Assembly (NCBI GenBank): GCA_038042235.1
Contig: JBBTEQ010000076.1
Location: 4,474-46,936 of the forward strand
Direction: 5' to 3'
Length of the DNA stretch: 42,463 nt
Source: Bdellovibrionota bacterium
Lineage (GTDB): Bacteria; Bdellovibrionota; Bdellovibrionia; Bdellovibrionales; Bdellovibrionaceae
The notes under the pieces were generated by a model, which was not told where the DNA came from, did not search any database, and saw only the letters and a program-made list of their open reading frames with translations. Positions 18,856 to 26,776 of the stretch are shown here, piece by piece. Both the position numbers and the translations under genes were made by a program. The first letter of the stretch is position 1; each line of letters begins with the position of its first letter.

Positions 18856-20172
18856 TTAGTGTTCTCTCAAAGCCGCGGCCATGATTTCTTTGGTCCATGA
18901 AAAATTATTTTTCCCCTGATCCATCATAAAAATATCGGCGAGCGGACCGAATACAAGAGTTGGATCTCCCGCTGAATGGGAAAGCACTTCGTTTGCCAAG
19001 GCGGACTGAATATTTTTTTTAAAATCAGTAATTCGGGTCGCCAACGAAGGGTTTTTTTGTCCTTTTTCTAAAACAGTAAATAAATTTTTTATTTTGAGAT
19101 TTAAATTTTCTTGCTGTAACTGAGAGAACAACGATTTGGCCAAATCGTTGTTCAGAAGTTCATTGTAAAACAAATCTAGCACCAGGGGCTTAATCGCACG
19201 GCCGGCAACCACCGGGCCCGGCTCAAGTTGTTGGACATTGCTTTCAATTTGTAGAATTGAGAGATGGTTCAGTTTAACTTCTGAATAAGGGTGAATGTGT
19301 AAATCAATATGATAATAATGTTCAATTGGTATTGCGCCCCAAGGGCTCTGCCATTCATTTTTTTTATTAGAAACAACAAATTTTAAACATTCGATATCAA
19401 AGTAAGTGCCGTGATTGTGTTGCTTCGATTTAATATAATGAGCCAAAAAGTTGGTGGCGCTAGTGAACAATTCACAATTTTCATAATCAGATCGAAATCC
19501 ATCTGTACTGAAAAAATTAATCTGAACACGTTCACCGAAGGCTTCTTTCAGATCACTAACAAGCTCTTCTTTGGTGCCTTCGCTGCCTGCATTAAGCAGG
19601 GTTTTTCGTAGATAACTTTGGTTGTGTGCCAAAGGACAGTTAAAAATTTTAAGACCATTTGTGATAAAAAAATTATTAAGAAGTTCAATTTGGCTGGCGG
19701 AAACGTCCCCTTCTGGAATAGAAATTACGACTTTATTCAGATCGGGATTGATTTTTTTTATTCTGCTGAGTTCATGCTCTAAATGAGTGGCTTCAATTTC
19801 GGAGCCTTCAAGGGGTATAATTAATTGAGAGGCGGCAAGTGACAGGGCTTTTGAATCTCGTAGTGTATAGGAATTTTCAAATCCTTTAAGAACAACTTGT
19901 GAGATACTTCCTCCAAGACGAAATTGTTTTAAACGATCAAAATATTTAGTTACAATATAAATTGGTATTTCATGTTCGGGGCTTTCAAATTGGTAATCAA
20001 AAAGTTCCTGAATTTTTAATTTGGTCTGATTAAGTAGATTTTTTAAAGAGACTTGAGGTAAAAAAATGGATTTTTCAAAAAGCGCAGCTACTTGTTTTTT
20101 ATGAGTAGTATCAAAAAGGCCTATCGTGGCATAAGATTCGCCTAGATACAGGGCAATAGCAGGTTTAGACAT
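18856..20172 (-). CDS. Highly divergent hydantoinase A/oxoprolinase-like protein
   Basis: EPGPVVAGRAIKPLVLDL resembles PGPACYGRG.EPTVTDA; VLKGFEN resembles TxGFxD; TLLNA; LVFG; coupled to the B-like gene. Confidence 0.55.
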   Translation of the reverse strand: MSKPAIALYLGESYATIGLFDTTHKKQVAALFEKSIFLPQVSLKNLLNQTKLKIQELFDYQFESPEHEIPIYIVTKYFDRLKQFRLGGSISQVVLKGFENSYTLRDSKALSLAASQLIIPLEGSEIEATHLEHELSRIKKINPDLNKVVISIPEGDVSASQIELLNNFFITNGLKIFNCPLAHNQSYLRKTLLNAGSEGTKEELVSDLKEAFGERVQINFFSTDGFRSDYENCELFTSATNFLAHYIKSKQHNHGTYFDIECLKFVVSNKKNEWQSPWGAIPIEHYYHIDLHIHPYSEVKLNHLSILQIESNVQQLEPGPVVAGRAIKPLVLDLFYNELLNNDLAKSLFSQLQQENLNLKIKNLFTVLEKGQKNPSLATRITDFKKNIQSALANEVLSHSAGDPTLVFGPLADIFMMDQGKNNFSWTKEIMAAALREH

Positions 20173-20212
20173 ATTTTTCTTTTAACTCGCGCTTTCTTTT
20201 GTTGTAATCGGT

Positions 20213-20241
20213 ATGTTATGAACTCAATAGAAAAGGGTCAA
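20213..20241 (-). promoter_or_regulatory. Putative sigma70 promoter for the hydantoinase-like pair
   Basis: Minus strand TTGACC-N17-TAACAT. Confidence 0.5.
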
Positions 20242-20243
20242 CA

Positions 20244-21365
20244 ATGAAAGTATCGGCTGAAATATTAAACTTAATTCCGTATAAGCCAGGTAAGCCTATT
20301 GCTGAAACCCAGCGTGATTACGGCTTAAAAGAGGTGATAAAATTAGCTAGCAACGAGAATCCTTTGGGGCCAAGCCCTAAGGCTATTGAGGCGGTTAAAT
20401 TATTTTTAATGCAGCAACATCGTTATCCAGACTCGGTTGGCTATGAACTTGTTCAGAAAATTTCAGAAGTATGGAGAGTGCCTGCAAGTCAGGTGGCCCT
20501 TGGTAACGGCTCTAATGAAATAATAGACTTATTAATTAGAATTTATTGTGAGCCGGGTGATTCAATTTTAACCTCGGAGTCTGCTTTTATTGCTTATCAA
20601 GTCTGTGCTCAGGCCGCTCGCGTGAGGGTGCGAACTGTACCCTTAAGATCCGATTTAACTATGGATTTAAAGGCGATTGCTGATTATTTCTTCCGAAACC
20701 CTACAATGAATATCAGAATGATATTCATTCCTAATCCAAATAATCCAACAGGTACTTTGGTTGGAGGGGAAGAACTGGATGAGTTTTTGGTACGTCTCGG
20801 AAATCGCGATGATGTTTTATTAGTGTTTGATGAAGCTTATACCGAGTTTGTACGCGATAAAAATTTTAAAGAGGCGGCCAGATTTTATAAAGACTACTCA
20901 AATGTATTGGTTTTAAAAACTTTTTCTAAAGTTTATGGCATGGCGGGACTTAGGCTCGGTGCTTTATTAGCCCCAGAATATGTACTTGAGTATTATAATC
21001 GCGTTCGCAATCCATTTAATATTAATGATTTGGCTCAAGTAGCAGGAATTTCTGCGCTTGAGGATGAAGAGTACATAGCGAACTCTCAAAAAACTGTCTG
21101 GGAAGGCCTAGATTATTTTTACAAAGAATTAACACGCTTAAAATTGCCATACTATCCATCACAGGCTAATTTTGTATTATTCGACACCAAACGCAACGCA
21201 GAACAGGCCTATGTTAATTTGCTTAAAAAAGGGCTTATTTTAAGACCTGTTCAAAATTATGGCTTTAAAACTTTTTTACGTATGACTGTAGGGAAAATGG
21301 AAGAAAATAAAAAAGCTATCATCGCAATTGAAAAAATGCTGACTGAGGTTTCTGAAGTCGGGTAG
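20244..21365 (+). CDS. hisC: Histidinol-phosphate/aromatic aminotransferase
   Basis: YKPGKP, KLASNENP, NPNNPTG, DEAY, TFSKVYGMAGLR. Confidence 0.94.
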   Translation: MKVSAEILNLIPYKPGKPIAETQRDYGLKEVIKLASNENPLGPSPKAIEAVKLFLMQQHRYPDSVGYELVQKISEVWRVPASQVALGNGSNEIIDLLIRIYCEPGDSILTSESAFIAYQVCAQAARVRVRTVPLRSDLTMDLKAIADYFFRNPTMNIRMIFIPNPNNPTGTLVGGEELDEFLVRLGNRDDVLLVFDEAYTEFVRDKNFKEAARFYKDYSNVLVLKTFSKVYGMAGLRLGALLAPEYVLEYYNRVRNPFNINDLAQVAGISALEDEEYIANSQKTVWEGLDYFYKELTRLKLPYYPSQANFVLFDTKRNAEQAYVNLLKKGLILRPVQNYGFKTFLRMTVGKMEENKKAIIAIEKMLTEVSEVG

Positions 21366-21415
21366 GCTCTATTAGTTCTGTGTTCAGTAGCTGAAATATC
21401 TGGTTAGGATTTTTA

Positions 21416-22075
21416 ATGGGCTATGTAATTACAATCGATGGGCCTGCCGCTTCTGGCAAATCTTCAGTTAGTCGTCAGCTGTCTAAGTTGCTTAATATCC
21501 CGTGGGTTTCAACCGGTGCTTTTTATCGTGGTCTTGCCTTTGTAGCGCTTCAGGAAAAAATTGATTTAACCAATACAGTTGCTCTGACTGAGCTTGCCAT
21601 GTCGAACATTTGGAAAGTTGAAATGGCTTCTGAAAAAACAGAAGTCTGGTATAAAAATAAAAATGTAAGCGATTTTATTTTGCATGAAGATGTTGGTAAT
21701 GTAGCAAGTAAAATCAGTCACTATCCGGAAGTCAGGTCTTCATTGCTCGATCATCAGCGGCAATGTGCTTTCAAAGCAGAGGGGTTAGTTGCAGAGGGGC
21801 GTGATTGCGGAACCGTGGTGTTTCCGCAGGCCGAAGTTAAAGTTTATCTTACAGCTAAGTCTGAAAATCGTGCTCAAAGGCGCGCACAAGAGCTAGGACT
21901 CGATCAAAAAGAACTCCAAGTTCAGCAGCAGCAGCGGGATCAGCAAGACTCTACTCGTAAAGCGGCACCTTTGCAGATTCCGCAAGATGCACTTGTTGTT
22001 GATACTACTGAGTTGTCATTAAATGACGTAGTCGAAAAAATTTATAAATTCACTCAAGATAAAATCTCATTTTAA
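21416..22075 (+). CDS. cmk: Cytidylate kinase
   Basis: IDGPAASGKS, TGAFYR, EGRDCGTVVFP. Confidence 0.96.
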   Translation: MGYVITIDGPAASGKSSVSRQLSKLLNIPWVSTGAFYRGLAFVALQEKIDLTNTVALTELAMSNIWKVEMASEKTEVWYKNKNVSDFILHEDVGNVASKISHYPEVRSSLLDHQRQCAFKAEGLVAEGRDCGTVVFPQAEVKVYLTAKSENRAQRRAQELGLDQKELQVQQQQRDQQDSTRKAAPLQIPQDALVVDTTELSLNDVVEKIYKFTQDKISF

Positions 22076-22093
22076 ATTTTTTAATAACCCAGT

Positions 22094-24004
22094 CTACTGT
22101 TTATTCGACTGAACCATTAAATCTGCAATCAGCTTTGAATATCGTACCGGATTAGCTATAGCACTGCCTTCAGACAGTAAAGCCTGATTGTAAAGTATTT
22201 CAGCCCAATTTTTAATTTGGGTCTCATCGGCTTTGAGCATGGCTTCATATATTAAATGACTCGGATTAATTTCTAATATGCGTTTAGATTCTTGCTGGTA
22301 GTTTTCACCCATCTTTGAAAGAATTTTTTGCATATTAGCCGACATATCGTTTTCAGCTGAAACCAAGCAAACCGGGGTTTCGGTAAGGCGGTCCGAGATA
22401 ATAACATCCTTAACATTTTCGCTCAAGCTGGTTTTCATTTTTTCAAGCAATGGACCAAAACGTTCTGTTTGTGCTTTTTTAATGATTTCTTTTTGTTTTG
22501 TTTCTTCTTCGCTATCAAGATTTAAGCCTTCTTTAGTTACCGAAACTAAGTTTTTTTCTTTAAATGTACGCAAGCTTTGGGTTAACCATTCGTCAACCAC
22601 ATCAGTCAAAAGAATAACTTCGTAGTTTTTTTCTTTTAATTTTTCCAAGTATGGAGAGTGCTCGATAGCCTCTAATCTTTCGCCGGTAATAAAGTAAATC
22701 TCTTTTTGCGCTGGTTTCATTCGTGCTACATATTCATCTAATGTACACAACTCAGTAGAGTGAGTAGATCTGAATAATAACAGGTCTTGGATTTTTTCAG
22801 TTTGAGAGCTATCTGTTGGAATGCCCTCTTTCAAAGTGGTGCCAAATTCCGCCCAAAAAGTTTCGTAGGATTTGCGGTCCTTTGTAATCCAGTCTTTAAG
22901 AGTTGAGAATATTTTACCAGCAATATTTTTACGGATTTGTGTTACGATTCGATCTTGTTGCAAGAGTTCACGGGATACATTTAACGAAAGATCGCTTGAA
23001 TCAACAAGGCCCTTAACAAAACGTAAATACGGCGGAAGTAGATCTTTACAGTTTTCCATGATGAACACGCGCTTAATATATAAACTTAAACCAAACTCAT
23101 ATTCTTTCATTTGATAATTAAATGGTTTTTTTGAAGGAATATACAATAAAGAGGTAAACTCAGAAGTGCCTTCAGCTTTATAATGGACATGTTTTGCATG
23201 AGGCTGCCAGTCGTGTGTTAGATGCTGGTAAAAGTCAGAATACTCTTCTGGTTTAATTTCAGCTGCGGGTCTTAACCATAAGGCTTTTTGGCTATTTAAA
23301 ACTTGATCTTCAAATACGGTTTCAGTTTCTTTTTTGGTTTCAACATTCATTTTGATCGGCCAAGCTACAAAATCACTATATTTTTTAACCAATGACTTTA
23401 AAGTCCACTCATCCGTAAAATTTTGTGCTTTTTCAAATGTGCCATCTTCATTTTTAGTATCATCTAATTTTTTTAGGTGAAGAGTAATGGTGGTGCCGTG
23501 CCCTTCGGTGCGTGGTGTATTTTCGATGGTATAAGTGCCATCGCCATTAGATTCCCAAACTGTACCAATAGTAGTTCCAGCTTTCTGAGTGTGCAAAGTA
23601 ACATTATCAGCCACCATAAAGGCCGAATAAAAACCCACACCGAATTGTCCGATAAGATCAGGGCGGGCTTTCATCTCTTGATTCATTTGCGTGAATGCTT
23701 TGGTGCCTGATTTAGCGATAGTGCCAATAAACTGCGTAACTTCTTCAGGCGACATGCCGATGCCGTTATCGATAATTTGCAGTGTATTGCTAGCTGTGTC
23801 CGGTTTAAGGCGAATTTGAAGCTCTGCTGAATCATTTATTAATGAAGAATTTGTTAAGCTTTCAAATTTAAGTTTATCAATGGCATCTGAAGAGTTTGAA
23901 ATAAGCTCTCGAATAAAAATTTCTTTTTGAGAGTAAAGAGAGTGAATAACGATATCTAATAATTGTTTGATTTCTGCATTAAAACTTTGAGTTGTTTTAG
24001 ACAT
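22094..24004 (-). CDS. htpG: Hsp90 chaperone HtpG
   Basis: IFIRELISNSSDA, DNGIGM, IGQFGVGFYSAF, LNVSRE, LEINP. ATG 24004 chosen for the AAGGA SD. Confidence 0.97.
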   Translation of the reverse strand: MSKTTQSFNAEIKQLLDIVIHSLYSQKEIFIRELISNSSDAIDKLKFESLTNSSLINDSAELQIRLKPDTASNTLQIIDNGIGMSPEEVTQFIGTIAKSGTKAFTQMNQEMKARPDLIGQFGVGFYSAFMVADNVTLHTQKAGTTIGTVWESNGDGTYTIENTPRTEGHGTTITLHLKKLDDTKNEDGTFEKAQNFTDEWTLKSLVKKYSDFVAWPIKMNVETKKETETVFEDQVLNSQKALWLRPAAEIKPEEYSDFYQHLTHDWQPHAKHVHYKAEGTSEFTSLLYIPSKKPFNYQMKEYEFGLSLYIKRVFIMENCKDLLPPYLRFVKGLVDSSDLSLNVSRELLQQDRIVTQIRKNIAGKIFSTLKDWITKDRKSYETFWAEFGTTLKEGIPTDSSQTEKIQDLLLFRSTHSTELCTLDEYVARMKPAQKEIYFITGERLEAIEHSPYLEKLKEKNYEVILLTDVVDEWLTQSLRTFKEKNLVSVTKEGLNLDSEEETKQKEIIKKAQTERFGPLLEKMKTSLSENVKDVIISDRLTETPVCLVSAENDMSANMQKILSKMGENYQQESKRILEINPSHLIYEAMLKADETQIKNWAEILYNQALLSEGSAIANPVRYSKLIADLMVQSNKQ

Positions 24005-24245
24005 AAAACACATCCTTTTTGAAATTTTTTATATAGGGAGAATAGAAGTAAAATAAACCCTGAAAAGAGTCAATTTATTTAGCGTTGAAGCCCCGAAAGC
24101 CCTTTAAACGCTTCCTGGCGCATTTCTCCGAAAACTGAACCTGGATTCAGCAAGGAGGAGTGGGCTTACTGTTTGCTCAAAGCGTTTAATAATGGAATCG
24201 TTGAAGTACACGAAACCATCAGAATTTTTAAATAAAGAATTTCAA

Positions 24246-24716
24246 TTATATGGCTTTTTTAGATTTTAATTTTTGCAATTCCTGTTGGTCTACAAAAAAT
24301 CCACTGAGCTCCTGGACCGCCTGTCTAATTTCATCAGGTGTCATTGGCCCCAGATCGGGCTCTTCATCAGCCCAACCATGACACCAATCTTCTGTGCGAG
24401 TTTGGTCTTTCCAGATTGATGAGATAAAGCCCGTTCTATCAAAACGACAAAGTAAAAAATTAAAGTGGTTTTGATTTTGACCGATTTCAAACCATTCTTT
24501 TTTTTCAATGATGGTGCAACTTTTTTTATTCATTTCTGTGGAGTCTTTAAAATAAGCTATTTGAAGGACCTTAATTTTGTTATTCTCAACTCGATCAAAG
24601 TAAATGTGGAGATATTTAGATGAATATTGCACAAAGTTTTCTTCGATATCAAACAACAGCAACTCGTAGAGCTCATTTTCATGAAATGTTTTTTCTATCA
24701 GGCTACATAAGTCCAT
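24246..24716 (-). CDS. Hypothetical protein (156 aa)
   Basis: ORF directly preceded by a near-consensus sigma28 promoter; no family recognised. Confidence 0.7.
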   Translation of the reverse strand: MDLCSLIEKTFHENELYELLLFDIEENFVQYSSKYLHIYFDRVENNKIKVLQIAYFKDSTEMNKKSCTIIEKKEWFEIGQNQNHFNFLLCRFDRTGFISSIWKDQTRTEDWCHGWADEEPDLGPMTPDEIRQAVQELSGFFVDQQELQKLKSKKAI

Positions 24717-24723
24717 TTTGAAT

Positions 24724-24750
24724 TTATCGGCTTATAGGCGCTGCCTTTAA
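24724..24750 (-). promoter_or_regulatory. sigma28 (FliA) promoter, leaderless geometry
   Basis: Minus strand TTAA-N15-GCCGATAA-N7-ATG(24716); the -10 is an exact consensus match. Confidence 0.75.
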
Positions 24751-24807
24751 AGTGATTATGTGGTCTGGATTTACTCAGACTAGACTAAGGTTGGATTGAA
24801 AAGTTTA

Positions 24808-25341
24808 TTATCTCATGGCTTCGTTAATAACAGTCCAAACTGAGAGTGGGATTCTTCCCATTAAGTCTTCATTAGTTTTTACAGAATAACAGTTGTTTGG
24901 TAGATTGGAACCAACCGGAAAGTAGTAGTTATAGCTGTTATTTGAATCCCAGTTACCTTTGCCGTCCGAGAAGGCGATAGATAAAGCTGTTATTGAAAGC
25001 TGCCCGCCTCTTCCTGGGAAGGTCCATTGGTTTGCTGTTGAGATAAAGCCAAGGTTATGCCAATCAGGGCTTATGCGAAGATTAGTCGTCCGAATAGGAG
25101 GAGATTGCTCACTGAAGTGAAAGTTAATAACTGCATCTACAAAAGAATTGTGACTTAAAAGACCACTTTTTTTGTAACCAATGACATACTGTTCTGAGCT
25201 GCAACCGCTTGAAACCTGGGCCACAACGGCTGGACCATCTTCACAAATTTTTACGCGCGCATGGCAATAATCAGGTGGGTAATTAGATGCAAATAGTGTT
25301 AACGATGATAGAGTCACAATGATAGCCAGGAATTGTTTCAT
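24808..25341 (-). CDS. Secreted protein with a starch-binding-module-like (CBM25/53-type) motif
   Basis: Signal peptide ending LFA, AGGAGAGG SD, IAFSDGKGNWDSNNSYNYYF. Confidence 0.65.
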   Translation of the reverse strand: MKQFLAIIVTLSSLTLFASNYPPDYCHARVKICEDGPAVVAQVSSGCSSEQYVIGYKKSGLLSHNSFVDAVINFHFSEQSPPIRTTNLRISPDWHNLGFISTANQWTFPGRGGQLSITALSIAFSDGKGNWDSNNSYNYYFPVGSNLPNNCYSVKTNEDLMGRIPLSVWTVINEAMR

Positions 25342-25371
25342 TTTCCTCTCCTAAAGTAATCTTGTTTGTCA

Positions 25372-25396
25372 GAATCTATATTGAAGTGAATCTATA
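25372..25396. repeat. 9-bp direct repeat GAATCTATA-N7-GAATCTATA upstream of the CBM-like gene
   Basis: Copies at 25372-25380 and 25388-25396. Confidence 0.4.
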
Positions 25397-25585
25397 AACC
25401 ACAAAATAACTTTTTATTGAAAATAATACAGAATATCAGAGGGAGTTTTTACTTAGGCGCTGTTCTAGGTAATTCGTGTGTGATCATCAATCATAAAAAG
25501 TGAGAGTTCGTGGATATTAATATGTTTATATTCTTAACAACTCCAAGCCCTATTTGTCATACTCGAAGCTCACAGTTTATAAATC

Positions 25586-25600
25586 GTCTCATTTTGAGAT
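25586..25600. promoter_or_regulatory. Palindrome TCTCA-N3-TGAGA; candidate enhancer/regulator site
   Basis: gTCTCAtttTGAGAt, about 55 bp upstream of a sigma54 promoter; similar site at 41281. Confidence 0.5.
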
Positions 25601-25655
25601 TTTAGCGGATGAGCTGATATTTAAATGCCCCGCGCGAGATTAACTTACCTGTAAA

Positions 25656-25671
25656 TGGTACTTCAATTGCA
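25656..25671 (+). promoter_or_regulatory. sigma54 (-24/-12) promoter
   Basis: TGGTAC-TTCAA-TTGCA with exact GG-N10-GC spacing. Confidence 0.7.
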
Positions 25672-25709
25672 TTCTTATAGATTAAGTATTGACGATTGAG
25701 GAGATAAAA

Positions 25710-26600
25710 ATGGGTTTTTGCAGATTTTTAGTTTTGAGTACTCTAATGGTATTAAATATTAACATTTCAATTGCCTTTTCTTGCGACAAGAATGTATTCA
25801 GCGCCAAGCGTGAAACGAGTTTTTTTTCGTCGCTATTTTCATCAAGTAAGGGCAAAGAGTCTGCAAATAGTAATGTGGAATTAAATATTCCGGTTACAAC
25901 AGATGCAGGGGCAGGTTGCTTGCTTGTTGAGTCCGGTTTATCTCTTAATGTTAAAATTGCTGAGGATAATTCTGCTTACGAAATAGATGTACAGCCAATG
26001 CAAGCAGAATATGATAACGTCAGTGAGTTTCAGCAAAAAAATTTAGTTTTTTTTGCTGACCATGAGAGCCTTGGTCGGGCGCAAATCGCTGTTGTGAGCT
26101 ATTCCTGCTCAGGTCAAAATGTTCTGGCAGTTGAGTCCTATTATGGCAGCATTATTGATATTTTAAATACTCAAAAGAGTAGTAATGACGATAACAATGG
26201 GATGTCAGTTTCAACAATTATTGCAACTGGAGCTGCGGCAACAGCTCTTGCTAAAAGACGGGCATTATTAAACACGAGGTCGGGTTCTGATAAAAACTCT
26301 GATGCGATGGATATATTTGTAAACATAGCACGGAGCTCTGTTTTGCGCGATGGCTACGTCAAGCCGATTGTACCTAGCTTTATGATGGCGGATAAGATGA
26401 GTGGGCGACACACATCATTAAGCCATGAGGTATTTTCAAATCAAGAAATGGTTGTTAACTTATGTAATCCAAATGTGGCTGCAGTATTTAAGGATTATAG
26501 TGTCGACAATCTCAATGAAAGCATTATTGGTGGCAACCCAAATATAAAGTTAAAAAAGAAAAAATCCGGCTTCGTTATTAAAAAAGAGATTGAGTATTAG
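25710..26600 (+). CDS. Secreted hypothetical protein
   Basis: GAGGAG SD, ATG 25710, signal peptide, several Cys; no family recognised. Confidence 0.75.
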   Translation: MGFCRFLVLSTLMVLNINISIAFSCDKNVFSAKRETSFFSSLFSSSKGKESANSNVELNIPVTTDAGAGCLLVESGLSLNVKIAEDNSAYEIDVQPMQAEYDNVSEFQQKNLVFFADHESLGRAQIAVVSYSCSGQNVLAVESYYGSIIDILNTQKSSNDDNNGMSVSTIIATGAAATALAKRRALLNTRSGSDKNSDAMDIFVNIARSSVLRDGYVKPIVPSFMMADKMSGRHTSLSHEVFSNQEMVVNLCNPNVAAVFKDYSVDNLNESIIGGNPNIKLKKKKSGFVIKKEIEY

Positions 26601-26645
26601 CATTAGCGGCTCTGGCTTAGTATTTATCTAGTCCAGCCATCCAGA

Positions 26646-26666
26646 GGTGCGCATAATTTACGCACC
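26646..26666. other. Short GC hairpin GGTGCG-N9-CGCACC after the sigma54-driven gene
   Basis: 6-bp inverted repeat with no U-tract. Confidence 0.3.
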
Positions 26667-26687
26667 CAATACCCCATAACTCTCTGA

Positions 26688-26716
26688 TTGACCGCCTGCC
26701 CAAAACCCCCTAGAAC
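26688..26716 (+). promoter_or_regulatory. sigma70 promoter of rpsA
   Basis: TTGACC-N17-TAGAAC. Confidence 0.6.
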
Positions 26717-26776
26717 TACGTGTTCAGCCCTAGAGTTCCTAGAGGACCCTTTGCGCTAGAAGGAAAAAAAACAAAC

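Noticed and set aside
21915-21950. CAG-rich run in cmk (QQQQRDQQD)
   Set aside because: Short, in frame and within the normal RD..D lid region; no sign of phase variation
24005-24110. CIRCE or sigma32 heat-shock element upstream of htpG
   Set aside because: No TTAGCACTC-N9-GAGTGCTAA is present, and the CCCTATAT has no correctly spaced CTTGAA
24080-24240. Possible gene remnant or sRNA between htpG and the 156-aa gene (open frames of about 45 codons on both strands)
   Set aside because: No convincing start with SD, motif or structure; cannot be supported without a homology search
26720-26776. N-terminal extension of RpsA given by the ORF track
   Set aside because: The GTG lies only 3 nt after the predicted -10 box; this stretch is more likely 5' UTR
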